Shown here: one piece after another, positions 16,842-26,510 of the stretch
How positions within the stretch are numbered: position 1 is the stretch's first letter
Layout of the letters: each line of letters opens with the position of its first letter
Origin: an uncultured Candidatus Saccharibacteria bacterium
Lineage (GTDB): Bacteria; Patescibacteriota; Saccharimonadia; Saccharimonadales; Saccharimonadaceae
DNA: 38,434 nt
Assembly (NCBI GenBank): GCA_964396015.1
Contig: CAYNBW010000001.1
Span: 1 to 38,434, forward strand
Direction: 5' to 3'
Notes under the pieces: model-generated
Seen by the model: the letters and a program-made list of their open reading frames with translations, nothing else
Databases searched by the model: none
Told to the model about the DNA's origin: nothing
Translations under genes and position numbers: made by a program

Positions 16842-17888
16842 ATGGGAGCAATAAAAGTATCGGTTTTGGTGCCGGTGTATAATGCAGAGGCGTTTTTGAG
16901 GGAGTGCCTAGATAGCTTGGTGGGTCAGAGTCTGCGGGAGATTGAGATAATTTGCATAAACGATGGTTCGACGGATGGGTCGCTGGAAGTTTTGAAGAGT
17001 TATGCAGAAAAAGATGAACGGATGGTGATTTTGGACAAGAAAAACACTGGATATGGAGACAGCATGAACAAAGGCATTGATAAAGCTAGAGGTAAGTTTA
17101 TTGGCATAGTAGAGCCAGATGATTTTGTGGAGCTTAGCGCATTTGAAAAAATGTATAAAAAAGCGCAAGAAAACGAGGTGGAAGTGGTGAAGGCGAATTT
17201 TTATCGTTATATGACTGGGAAAAAGGATGTGGCGGAAAAGAGCGAAGTGTTTACAAGTGTTGAAATAGGGAAGGTGGTTGACCCGGAGAAGGACAGGCAT
17301 TTGTTCTATACGCAGCCAAGCGTGTGGAGTGCTATTTATAAAACGGAGTTTTTGAAAAAAAATGGGATAAAGTTTTTGTCGTCGCCGGGGGCGTCGTATC
17401 AAGATGCGGGGTTTAGTTTTAAAGTGTGGGCGACGGCGAAGAGAGTGTATTGTACTGATGAAGCTTTTTTGTATTATCGGCAAGATAACCCTGGTTCGTC
17501 AGTAAAGTCTGAGGGGAAAGTGTATGCGGTGCAGGAAGAATATGACGATGTGGAAAAATATTTGGTCGAGAAGAATAGAATGAGTGAATTTGGAGCGACA
17601 CTTGCCGTGGTGAGAATGGGAGGATATATTTGGAATATGCGAAGGCTTACGAAGGACAAAGCACTGGAGTTTGCAAAAGTAGTGGAGAAAGACTATGCAA
17701 GGTATAAAATGGCGGGATATTTTGATGATGGGGCAGTGGATGATGATCCAGACGCTAGATTTATAGTACAGAATATGATTATTCGTGATCCGGTGGGGTA
17801 CGTGAAAAAGCGAAAAATATATGAGATGAATGATAGCCTGAAACAGTGGGGTGTGAAAAAAATTAAAAAAATAACGAGGAGGAGGTAG
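16842..17888 (+). CDS. GT2 glycosyltransferase (paralog of the divergent neighbour)
   Basis: MGAIKVSVLVPVYN, INDGSTD, VEPDDF, GASYQD. Start reassigned from 16668 to ATG 16842. Confidence 0.92.
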   Translation: MGAIKVSVLVPVYNAEAFLRECLDSLVGQSLREIEIICINDGSTDGSLEVLKSYAEKDERMVILDKKNTGYGDSMNKGIDKARGKFIGIVEPDDFVELSAFEKMYKKAQENEVEVVKANFYRYMTGKKDVAEKSEVFTSVEIGKVVDPEKDRHLFYTQPSVWSAIYKTEFLKKNGIKFLSSPGASYQDAGFSFKVWATAKRVYCTDEAFLYYRQDNPGSSVKSEGKVYAVQEEYDDVEKYLVEKNRMSEFGATLAVVRMGGYIWNMRRLTKDKALEFAKVVEKDYARYKMAGYFDDGAVDDDPDARFIVQNMIIRDPVGYVKKRKIYEMNDSLKQWGVKKIKKITRRR

Positions 17889-17889
17889 T

Positions 17890-19026
17890 ATGAAAAAATG
17901 TGATTATTTGGTGGTAGGTGCTGGGATATTTGGGGCGACGGTGGCGGAAAGGTTGGCAGATAGAGGTTACAAAGTTTTAGTGATTGATAGACGGGGACAT
18001 CTTGCAGGGAATATTTATTCGTATGCCGATGTAGAGACGGGGATTGAGGTGCACAAATATGGCTCGCATATTTTTCATACGGAACATGATGAGGTTTGGG
18101 GGTATTTGAATAAGTTTACGGATTTTAATGATTATGTACATACAGTAAATACACGGCATGATGGTAAGTTGTATCCAATGCCAATTAATCTGGATACGAT
18201 TAACTTGTTGTTTGGAACGGATATGGATGCAACTAGCGCGGAAAGTTTTGTAAAAGATGAAGCGCGACACGATGCGGAAAGATTGGGAATTGAAGAACCG
18301 AAGAATTTTGAGGAAAAAGGGATTGCTTTGGTAGGCGAGAAATTATATGATGCGTTTTTGAAGCATTATACTGAAAAGCAATGGCATAGTTCTGCTAAGG
18401 AACTGTCGGCAGAGATATTAAGTAGAATTCCGGTGAGATTTTCGCATGATAATAGGTATTTTATGAATGCAAAATATCAAGGAATACCAGTGGATGGATA
18501 TACAAAGATGGTGGAGAAAATGTTGAAATCGCCAAACATTGAGGTAAATTTAGGAGTTGATTTTGCGAAAGTGTATGGCAAAGTAGATGTGATACATAAA
18601 ATTATATATTGTGGGCAGGTGGACGAACTAATGGGTTATTCACTGGGAGTACTTCCGTATAGGTCGCTGAGATTTGAGGAGGAAAGAGGGGATGTGAGTA
18701 TTGGAGAAGCGGTAGTGAATGAGGCGGATGCGGATGTGGCGTATACGAGGACGCATGATTACAAGTTTTATCAAATTCATCAGCCTGAGGTTGTGAGGCA
18801 GAAAGTTTCGATTATTGCGAGGGAATATCCGGCTGATTTTGTGAAGGGTGGAGAAGCTTATTATCCAGTAAATAATGCGAATTCGGAGGAGTTGTATTTG
18901 AAGTATGTGGAGCTGGCGCGGGAAAAATATCCGGATTTATTATTAGGTGGTAGATTAGGGGCCTTTCGATATTGGGATATGGATGTGGCGGTGAAGAATG
19001 CACTGGAGCTAGCTAATGTAATTTGA
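17890..19026 (+). CDS. glf: UDP-galactopyranose mutase
   Basis: VVGAGIFG (FAD), VHKYGSHIFHT, YTEKQW, YQGIP..GY, LPYRSL, YYPVN, GRLG.FRYWDMD. Confidence 0.96.
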   Translation: MKKCDYLVVGAGIFGATVAERLADRGYKVLVIDRRGHLAGNIYSYADVETGIEVHKYGSHIFHTEHDEVWGYLNKFTDFNDYVHTVNTRHDGKLYPMPINLDTINLLFGTDMDATSAESFVKDEARHDAERLGIEEPKNFEEKGIALVGEKLYDAFLKHYTEKQWHSSAKELSAEILSRIPVRFSHDNRYFMNAKYQGIPVDGYTKMVEKMLKSPNIEVNLGVDFAKVYGKVDVIHKIIYCGQVDELMGYSLGVLPYRSLRFEEERGDVSIGEAVVNEADADVAYTRTHDYKFYQIHQPEVVRQKVSIIAREYPADFVKGGEAYYPVNNANSEELYLKYVELAREKYPDLLLGGRLGAFRYWDMDVAVKNALELANVI

Positions 19027-19068
19027 GTGGCTTAGGTGGTATAATAAATATAGAGTAGGATCATAAAG

Positions 19069-20016
19069 ATGAGTAAGACTTCGGAACCGTTAGTTTCGGT
19101 GATAATTCCGGTATATAATATACAGAAATATGTGGGGGCGTGTTTGGAATCAGTGACGGGGCAGAGTTACAAGAATCTTGAGATAATAGTAGTGGATGAT
19201 GGTTCGACGGACGGGTCAGGGGAGGCTTGTGATGAGTTTGCGCAACGGGATAAACGGGTGCGAGTGATGCATCAGAAAAATGCTGGGTTGTCTGAGGCGC
19301 GTAATGCAGGAATTGCGTTGGCGCGAGGCGAGTGGGTGGCGCTTATTGACGGTGATGATACGGTGCGAATGGAGTTTGTGGCGTCAATGATAAAGGCGAC
19401 GCGTGATGCGGAGGAAGTCGATGTAGTGGTGTGCGGGTATAATGATATAGCGCCGAGCGCTGCAGTGATGACAGGAGAAGAAGCGGCGGTGAAACTCCTA
19501 GTCGAGCAGGAGAATATGGAAATAGTGGCGTGGAATAAACTATATAGGAAAAGCTTGTTTTCTGGGATTTGTTACCCTGCGGGTGAAAAGAATGAGGATA
19601 GTCTGACGACGTATAAATTGTTGGCGAAAGCTCGAAAAGTAGTTTATTTGGATGAGTCGCTTTACTGTTATCATGTGCGGAATGGAAGTATTATGGATGA
19701 TGCGCGGATTAGTGAAAGATTAACGCAACGTGAACGAGCGGCGAGGGAGGCGATGATGTATTTTGGGGGGAATGCAAAGTTAGAACAGGCATCAGAGGTG
19801 GCACTACTGCTCGCTAAGTATGCCTGGATAGATGCGGGTTTGCGTGGGGAAGTAGATAAACGAACTGCGGGAAAGGCGCGAAATTGGGTTTTGGCGAATT
19901 TGGGGAAATATGCGAAAAATCCATATATGACGCAGAAATTGAAAACGTATAATGAGCTGAATAAATGGTGTGGTGGGGTGATGTATAGATGGTTTCGGAA
20001 ATTGAGACATGAATAA
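19069..20016 (+). CDS. GT2 glycosyltransferase
   Basis: VSVIIPVYN, VDDGSTDGS, NAGLSEARN, IDGDD, AWNKLYR, ED. Confidence 0.92.
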   Translation: MSKTSEPLVSVIIPVYNIQKYVGACLESVTGQSYKNLEIIVVDDGSTDGSGEACDEFAQRDKRVRVMHQKNAGLSEARNAGIALARGEWVALIDGDDTVRMEFVASMIKATRDAEEVDVVVCGYNDIAPSAAVMTGEEAAVKLLVEQENMEIVAWNKLYRKSLFSGICYPAGEKNEDSLTTYKLLAKARKVVYLDESLYCYHVRNGSIMDDARISERLTQRERAAREAMMYFGGNAKLEQASEVALLLAKYAWIDAGLRGEVDKRTAGKARNWVLANLGKYAKNPYMTQKLKTYNELNKWCGGVMYRWFRKLRHE

Positions 20017-20082
20017 ATGCTAGGAGGTGTTGGGTTGCAAAATATCTGTAATATGGGATAATAAAGTGAAGGAGAAAAATAG

Positions 20083-21081
20083 ATGAAGATTTTGGTAACA
20101 GGGGGAACGGGATATATTGGGTCGCATACGATTATTGAGTTGTATGAGGCGGGCTATGAGGTGGATGCAATTGACAATTTGTGCAACTCGAAAGAAGAGA
20201 CGCTGGATAAAATTGAAAAGATTACGGGGAAAAGGCCGGGGTTTTTCCGAGTAGATTTGCTGGATGCAGAAGCGGTAGATAAGGTGATGGCAGAGGGGGC
20301 GTATGACATTGTGATGCACTTTGCGGGATTAAAGGCAGTGGGCGAATCGGTAGAGAAGCCACTACTTTACTACAAAAATAACATTGGCGGGACGATTAAT
20401 TTGCTTGAGAGCATGCAAAAATATGGGGTGAAACGAATTGTCTTTTCGTCGTCGGCGACGGTGTATGGAGATCAAGATGGGGTGAAATTGACCGAGGAGA
20501 TGCAAACTGGTGTGGGGATTACAAATCCGTATGGGCAGACGAAGTCCATGATTGAGCAGATTTTGCGCGATGTGGCGACGGCGGATCCGGAGTTTTCAGT
20601 GACGATTTTGCGCTACTTTAATCCGGTAGGGGCGCACGAGTCGGGGCTAATTGGTGAGGATCCGAATGATATTCCAAATAATCTGATGCCGATTATTATG
20701 AAAGTATCGACGGGCGAGATAGCGGAATTAAAAATCTATGGGGACGATTATGATACGCCGGATGGGACGGGGATGCGAGATTTTATCCACGTAGTAGATT
20801 TGGCAAAAGGACATGTGGCGGCGATCCGGGCGATGCATCCGGGTGTAGAAGTATATAATTTGGGTACTGGTGAAGCGACGAGCGTGATGGAGATGGTGAG
20901 AGCATTTGAAAAAGAAAGTGGGTCAGAGCTACCATATACGATAGCGCCACGACGGGCAGGAGATCTGGCGAAGATTTTTGCGGATGCAGGAAAAGCAGAA
21001 CGAGAGCTGGGCTGGAAAGCGGAACGGACGATTGCTGACGCGATGCGTGACACGATTAACTATTTGAAAACTGGCGTCTAA
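20083..21081 (+). CDS. galE: UDP-glucose 4-epimerase
   Basis: TGGTGYIGSH, HFAGLKAVGES, FSSSATVYG, PYGQTK, LRYFNPVGAH, RDFIHVVDLA; SD AAGGAG. Confidence 0.97.
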   Translation: MKILVTGGTGYIGSHTIIELYEAGYEVDAIDNLCNSKEETLDKIEKITGKRPGFFRVDLLDAEAVDKVMAEGAYDIVMHFAGLKAVGESVEKPLLYYKNNIGGTINLLESMQKYGVKRIVFSSSATVYGDQDGVKLTEEMQTGVGITNPYGQTKSMIEQILRDVATADPEFSVTILRYFNPVGAHESGLIGEDPNDIPNNLMPIIMKVSTGEIAELKIYGDDYDTPDGTGMRDFIHVVDLAKGHVAAIRAMHPGVEVYNLGTGEATSVMEMVRAFEKESGSELPYTIAPRRAGDLAKIFADAGKAERELGWKAERTIADAMRDTINYLKTGV

Positions 21082-21854
21082 CTCCAGAGTTTGGTATAGG
21101 AGTCGGCGACTTTGGCTGGGTCGCCGTCTTCTTTGATTTTGCCATCGTCGATCAAAATGGCACGAGTGCAGAATTTGCGGACGTTTTCCATGGAGTGGGT
21201 GACGAGAATGACGGTTTCGTGATGGTCTTTGAGGTTGGTAAAGTAGTCCTCGCATTTTTGCTGGAAAGCGGCGTCACCGACGGCGAGAACTTCATCTAGT
21301 AATAGGATGTCGCCATGGGCACGGATGGCGATAGAGAAGGCAAGGCGAACTTGCATGCCGGAACTGTAGTTTTTGAGTTTTTGATCTTGAAAATCTCTGA
21401 GTTCGGCAAAGTCCCAAATGTCGTCGTACATGGCATCCATTTCGGCATTACTGAAACCGAGAAGGGCGCCGTTCATGTAGACGTTTTCGCGACCGGTGAG
21501 TTCAGGGTTAAAACCGACGCCGAGTTCGATAAAAGGAACTAACTGACCGTTGATGGTAATGTCGCCTTTTTCGGGATAGTAAACGCCGGCGAGAATTTTA
21601 AGTAAAGTAGATTTGCCGGAGCCATTGCGACCGACGATACCAAGAAATTCGCCTTTTTTGATTTCAAAGCTGAGGTCTTTTAATACTTTTTGCTCTTTGT
21701 AACCTTTGACGCCACGTAGACGGTTGAAAAGTGCTTGCTTGAGACCGAAAGCTTGTTCAGTGGGAAGACGAAAGCTCTTGGAAAGATGCTTGACGGAGAT
21801 AGCGATATCACTGTCTGTGTTTACCTCGATACGAGTGCCGATGCTGCGTTTCAT
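21078..21854 (-). CDS. wzt: Polysaccharide ABC exporter ATP-binding subunit (Wzt/TagH)
   Basis: GRNGSGKST, ELGVGFNPELTGREN, YSSGMQVRLAF, LDEVLAVGD; no C-terminal carbohydrate-binding extension. Confidence 0.95.
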   Translation of the reverse strand: MKRSIGTRIEVNTDSDIAISVKHLSKSFRLPTEQAFGLKQALFNRLRGVKGYKEQKVLKDLSFEIKKGEFLGIVGRNGSGKSTLLKILAGVYYPEKGDITINGQLVPFIELGVGFNPELTGRENVYMNGALLGFSNAEMDAMYDDIWDFAELRDFQDQKLKNYSSGMQVRLAFSIAIRAHGDILLLDEVLAVGDAAFQQKCEDYFTNLKDHHETVILVTHSMENVRKFCTRAILIDDGKIKEDGDPAKVADSYTKLWS

Positions 21855-22666
21855 TAGACTTCCTCCGCAAAGAATTTGGAATTACGACGAAAAACGAGGG
21901 CGCCAACGACGAGGACAACGAGAATGATAGCGATAGGAATAAGAGCGATTAGGGGGTTGCCGATATAATTCCAGGTAGTGATGGTGTCGTGAGTGATGAG
22001 GAGATAGCGGATATCTTGAATACATTGTGAGATGGGGTTTAGTAAGAGGATTTTGGCGGCAACTTCACTGGTGGCGGCGACCATGGAAATGGGATAAATG
22101 ATAGGTACAGCATAAAAGAGGGCTTGGACCAGTACATCCCAGATGGAGGTGATGTCGCGGTATTTGACATTGATGGAACCGAGTAGAAAAGCGATGCCGA
22201 GAGAAAGAAGATAGAGACCGAAAATGGGGATGAAAACGAGGAGCCAGCCCCATGAGGGAGCAACGCCGTTGATGAGGGCGAAGATGATAATTACAACGAG
22301 GTTGATAAGCATATTAATAACGGCGGTGAGGGTGGCGGAAACAACAACGATGTATTTGGGAAAACTGATTTTGCGGAGGAGGTCGCCACGGTTGACGATG
22401 GCTTGGATGCCCTGCGAGGTGCATTCAGTAAAGAAACTCCACATGGAAGTGCCGCAAAGAAGGTAAACGGGGTAATGAGGGATGTCGCTGCCGATTTTGA
22501 GGAGTTTGGCAAAAACTACATACAGAATGGCAAACATGAGAAGCGGGCGCAAGAGTGCCCAGAGGTAGCCAAGGACAGAACCTTGGTAGCGGAGCTTGAA
22601 GTCGGTTTTGGTGAGCTCGGCTAGAAGAATACGGTTTTTGCGATTTAAAACATGAGGAATGCTCAT
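21854..22666 (-). CDS. wzm: Polysaccharide ABC exporter permease (Wzm/TagG)
   Basis: DFKLRYQGSVLGYLWALLRPL, YRD, FYAVPIIYP, LNP. Start reassigned to ATG 22666. Confidence 0.95.
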   Translation of the reverse strand: MSIPHVLNRKNRILLAELTKTDFKLRYQGSVLGYLWALLRPLLMFAILYVVFAKLLKIGSDIPHYPVYLLCGTSMWSFFTECTSQGIQAIVNRGDLLRKISFPKYIVVVSATLTAVINMLINLVVIIIFALINGVAPSWGWLLVFIPIFGLYLLSLGIAFLLGSINVKYRDITSIWDVLVQALFYAVPIIYPISMVAATSEVAAKILLLNPISQCIQDIRYLLITHDTITTWNYIGNPLIALIPIAIILVVLVVGALVFRRNSKFFAEEV

Positions 22667-22672
22667 ACATTC

Positions 22673-22687
22673 TATATTATAACATAT
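22673..22687 (-). repeat. Left 15-bp inverted repeat, containing the wzm extended -10
   Basis: Reverse complement ATATGTTATAATATA matches 25463-25477 at 14/15 positions. Confidence 0.7.
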
Positions 22688-22707
22688 CTGTGATATAATA
22701 TATACCA

Positions 22708-24621
22708 ATGGGCGCTAAATCTAATATCGAATCAGCAAAATCCGCTACTCAAAAAGCCGATGTCAAAACTTCCCGTCGTACCATCCGCTACTTTTTTGTC
22801 GGTGTCGGTATCACTCTTTTCAATTACGTTGTTTACGCCTTGTTCTCAAATGTCATCATTCAAAATAACGACCTTCTCTGGCTCTCTAGCCTTCTTGCTA
22901 CCGCTATCACTACTGTAGTTGCTTACATTCTCCATTCCAAAATCACTTGGAGAGAGCGTAAAGTCACGAAAGTTGCTATTTATAAATTCTTCATTTGGAA
23001 CGCATTCCTTACTTTTGCTATCAGCCCCGCCCTCACACAACTTTTTAGCCTCGTCACTCCGCTTTACGAATTCGCTTTCAACATTAGCACCGCCATTCAT
23101 CTCCCCTTCACCTACGAATTTGTCCTTACTACCGGAGCTTTTGTGCTTACTTCCGCCGTCATCATGGTCCTAAACTTCCTTTTCTACGACAAATTCGTCT
23201 TTGGTAAAGCCACCATCAAGCATCTTTTAAGACGTCTAATTCCTTTCCAACTTCCGCCCCACGCTTCCAAAAAAAACATCCTCGTTGCCACAGTTCTCTA
23301 CGCTCTCCCTGTTCTCTTTTTTGTAATTTCCTATTTTCTCATCACTACTTCTGGTGAAGACATCTGGCAAGGTGCCGGCAACTTTCGTACCGGTCTTGTC
23401 ATTTCTCCCCTTGAAGACGCCAAAAACGCCTTTCTTTTCGATAGTCGCATTACCGATATGTATGCTTGGACCGTTATTGATTTTTTTGATTACCAATTCT
23501 GTTTTGGTCCCGATCTTATTTTTCGTCTCATAGACGTCGCCATGGCCATCGCTACTTTTTATTGTGCCACTTACCTTGCGCTCGGCTATAGGCCCAAACT
23601 CATCATTAAAGATGCCCTTGTCTTTTGCGCCTGTTTTGTTGCTGTTATTATTACGCCTTTCGGGCGTCCTTTCTATTCCGAATTCTCCATGATTCATAAC
23701 TACACGCCTCTCGCTCTCGCCATGCTACTCTTTAGTATCCCTTATCTCAAATTATTCAGTACACCTCCGACCATTAAACATCCTGCACTTTTCGCCACTG
23801 GACTTTTATTGCTCGGTGTCTTTTTCGGTATGTCCGCCGCCATCACCCCACTTGCCTTTCTTCTTACTGTCGTCATTATCTGTATTGTCCGTCATAAAAC
23901 CTTAAAACGTCCTCCTCTCTGGTTTTTTGCCGGGCTTCTTGGTATTGCCATCGGTTTTTCTATTTGCTGGTTCGTCGGTTCTGGTGTTTCGCACTATACC
24001 AACCCCGTTACCGCCGCCACTTTTGACTATATTGCCCCTGCAGAAATCTTCAACAGTCCTGCTACTGTCTTGCCTCGCCTCCTTTGGCACGAGGTCTACA
24101 ATTTCGGCATCACTTTCCTTCCTCTTCTTGCTATTGCTGTCATCGGTCTTATTTTCGATCCTCACCGTCGCCAATTTTTTACTCGCAAATTCTACCGCAC
24201 TCTCCCCACTAGTCTCAAATACTTTAGCCTCGCTTTAGCCGTTTTCTTCGTCATCCATTTGCTCGGCGCCTCTCTCGTCAAAGCTCCGCCTCGGCTCATC
24301 ATGCCAGCCTATTTCGCCGGTGTTATCTTCGTTTTTAGATTTTTCGTTCCTCGTCTAAACTCTAAGCTCCTCGGCGCCGGCATCATTATCCTTACCGTTC
24401 TCATTCTTGGTCTCCACACTACTTTTCTCGGTATTTACCACCATACTACCGCTAAGGTTTTCTCCGAAATTAAAGCTTCCGAGAGCTCCGCTGTCTGTAT
24501 CGACGCTTCGCGCATTAATCCACCTCGCATCCCTGCCATCAGTCTCTCCCAGGCTGGTATGCTTGTCGATTGGGGCTCTCCACAGTTCATCTATAACAAA
24601 GAAGTTACTTTTTGCAAATAG
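22708..24621 (+). CDS. GtrA-like flippase domain fused to a polytopic GT-C-like membrane protein
   Basis: IRYFFVGVG...YILHSKITW...LNFLFYDKFVF (GtrA-like, first ~165 aa), followed in frame by a multi-TM domain with a GED motif after its first helix. Confidence 0.7.
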   Translation: MGAKSNIESAKSATQKADVKTSRRTIRYFFVGVGITLFNYVVYALFSNVIIQNNDLLWLSSLLATAITTVVAYILHSKITWRERKVTKVAIYKFFIWNAFLTFAISPALTQLFSLVTPLYEFAFNISTAIHLPFTYEFVLTTGAFVLTSAVIMVLNFLFYDKFVFGKATIKHLLRRLIPFQLPPHASKKNILVATVLYALPVLFFVISYFLITTSGEDIWQGAGNFRTGLVISPLEDAKNAFLFDSRITDMYAWTVIDFFDYQFCFGPDLIFRLIDVAMAIATFYCATYLALGYRPKLIIKDALVFCACFVAVIITPFGRPFYSEFSMIHNYTPLALAMLLFSIPYLKLFSTPPTIKHPALFATGLLLLGVFFGMSAAITPLAFLLTVVIICIVRHKTLKRPPLWFFAGLLGIAIGFSICWFVGSGVSHYTNPVTAATFDYIAPAEIFNSPATVLPRLLWHEVYNFGITFLPLLAIAVIGLIFDPHRRQFFTRKFYRTLPTSLKYFSLALAVFFVIHLLGASLVKAPPRLIMPAYFAGVIFVFRFFVPRLNSKLLGAGIIILTVLILGLHTTFLGIYHHTTAKVFSEIKASESSAVCIDASRINPPRIPAISLSQAGMLVDWGSPQFIYNKEVTFCK

Positions 24622-24639
24622 TAATGGTATAATAACCTT

Positions 24640-25461
24640 ATGCAAGACCTCGTTTCCATTATCGTCCCTATCTATAATACCGGAAAGTACCTTCCTGCTT
24701 GCCTTGATTCTATTTTGAGTCAGACTTACCAAAACCTCGAAATTATTCTCGTCGATGACGGCTCTACCGATGGCTCGTCGGACATCATTAAATCTTACGC
24801 CAAGCAAGATTGCCGCATCATCACTATCCATCAGAAAAACCAAGGTCAGTCTGCCGCCCGTAATGCCGGGTTAGCAAAAGCCACTGGCACTTTCATCAGT
24901 TTTATTGATGCCGATGACGCAGTCGCCAAAACTTTCATTGCCGATCTCCTCGCGCCATTCAAAACAAGTACTGCTCTCTCCGTCTGCGGTATGCACTATA
25001 AACGTCTTCGTGCCCATACCGTAGCCGATGTTTACATCAACCCTCTCCGTAAAAAGCGCGCAAAAGAAACTGCAAAAGCCTACTATCTCTACCTTCTGGC
25101 TGTTGATGGTCGGATGTATTCTTCTGTCAACAAACTTTTTCGCGCCAAAATTGCCAAAACTTGTCATTTTGACACTACACTCAGCTTTGCCGAGGACACT
25201 AAATTTGTCCTCGACTATCTCGCTAAAAACTCCGGCGACGTAGCCTTTATTTTGAAGCCTCTCTACATTTACAATTTCGGTACCGAGGGAAGCACCATCA
25301 ACATTACTGCTCTAAGTTGGCAAAACTGGCAAACTGCCTATGAGAACCTCAAAACTTGGCTTGGCCCCCATCCTACTGTGAAAGAAAAATTCTGGCTTCA
25401 CGCCGTTCATCTCCGTTGGCGAATTTCCTACGTCCGTTCCAAACGTCGCGCTCGCCACTAA
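24640..25461 (+). CDS. GT2 glycosyltransferase
   Basis: VSIIVPIYN, VDDGSTDGS, NQGQSAARN, FIDADD, NKLF, AED. Confidence 0.92.
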   Translation: MQDLVSIIVPIYNTGKYLPACLDSILSQTYQNLEIILVDDGSTDGSSDIIKSYAKQDCRIITIHQKNQGQSAARNAGLAKATGTFISFIDADDAVAKTFIADLLAPFKTSTALSVCGMHYKRLRAHTVADVYINPLRKKRAKETAKAYYLYLLAVDGRMYSSVNKLFRAKIAKTCHFDTTLSFAEDTKFVLDYLAKNSGDVAFILKPLYIYNFGTEGSTINITALSWQNWQTAYENLKTWLGPHPTVKEKFWLHAVHLRWRISYVRSKRRARH

Positions 25462-25462
25462 A

Positions 25463-25477
25463 ATATGGTATAATATA
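25463..25477 (+). repeat. Right 15-bp inverted repeat, containing the extended -10 of the next GT2
   Basis: ATATGGTATAATATA. Confidence 0.7.
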
Positions 25478-25481
25478 TGGT

Positions 25482-26510
25482 ATGAAGAAGATTTCGGTGG
25501 TGGTGCCGACGTATAATGAGGCGGCGGGAGTGGCTGGGTTTTTGGATGGGCAACTTTTGCCGGTTTTGAGGGATTTGTCGTATAAGGTGGAAGTGATTGT
25601 GGTGGATGATGGGTCGAGCGATAAAACTTTGGAGAGAGTGAAAGAGAGTGAGATTTGTAAGCGGTTGTCGGTGAAAGTAGTGGTGCTATCGAAAAACTTT
25701 GGGAAAGAAGTGGCGTTGTCGGCGGGGCTGCATGAAGCACAGGGAGATGCGGTGGTGATGATTGATGCTGATGGGCAACATCCGGCAGAAAAGATTCCGC
25801 TGATGTTGCAAAAGTGGGAGGAGGGGGCAGTGGTGGTAACGGCGGTAAGGAAACATAATAGTACAAAACATCGGTTGGGGTCGCGAGTATATTATAGAAT
25901 GATGCGGATGATGGGAAATCGGAATTTGGTAGTGGGAGCGATGGATTTTCGGCTACTAGATAGGATGGTGGTGGATGAATATAACCATTTTACTGAGCGA
26001 AATAGATTGATGCGTGGGCTGGTGGATTGGCTGGGATTTCCACAAGAATATATTGTGGTAAAAACGCGAGGACGGATGTCGGGGAAGCCGTCGTATAGTT
26101 TTAAGAAGTTGCTGGCACTGACGTTTGATTCGATGGTGTCGAGTTCGCGGACGCCACTGTTTCTCTTTGGGTATATTGGGGCGTTTATTACGGTGGGGTC
26201 GTTTATCTTTGGACTGTTTATTTTGATAGAACAGTATATTTTGGGGGATCCACTGGGGCTAGATTGGAGTGGGGCGGTGGCAATGAGTGTGTTTGTATCG
26301 TTTTTGATTGGGCTGGTTTTGATATCGCAGGCAATGACGGCATTATATGTGTCGCAGATTCATGCGGAGGCGAAGGGGCGGCCGCTGTATGTGATAGACC
26401 GGAGGCGGTCGGTGGGGCTAGGCGGAAATAACAGTGACAAGGCTAGTACTGCTAGTGGGTGTAAGGGTAGTGCAGATAAAAATGAGAACAAAAATGGTGC
26501 GAAAAAGTAA
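25482..26510 (+). CDS. GT2 polyprenol-phosphate glycosyltransferase (GtrB/CsbB-like)
   Basis: MKKISVVVPTYNE, SKNFGKEVAL, IDADGQHP, DFRLLDR, RGLVDWLGF, two TM helices, EAKGRPLY. Start reassigned to 25482. Confidence 0.93.
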   Translation: MKKISVVVPTYNEAAGVAGFLDGQLLPVLRDLSYKVEVIVVDDGSSDKTLERVKESEICKRLSVKVVVLSKNFGKEVALSAGLHEAQGDAVVMIDADGQHPAEKIPLMLQKWEEGAVVVTAVRKHNSTKHRLGSRVYYRMMRMMGNRNLVVGAMDFRLLDRMVVDEYNHFTERNRLMRGLVDWLGFPQEYIVVKTRGRMSGKPSYSFKKLLALTFDSMVSSSRTPLFLFGYIGAFITVGSFIFGLFILIEQYILGDPLGLDWSGAVAMSVFVSFLIGLVLISQAMTALYVSQIHAEAKGRPLYVIDRRRSVGLGGNNSDKASTASGCKGSADKNENKNGAKK

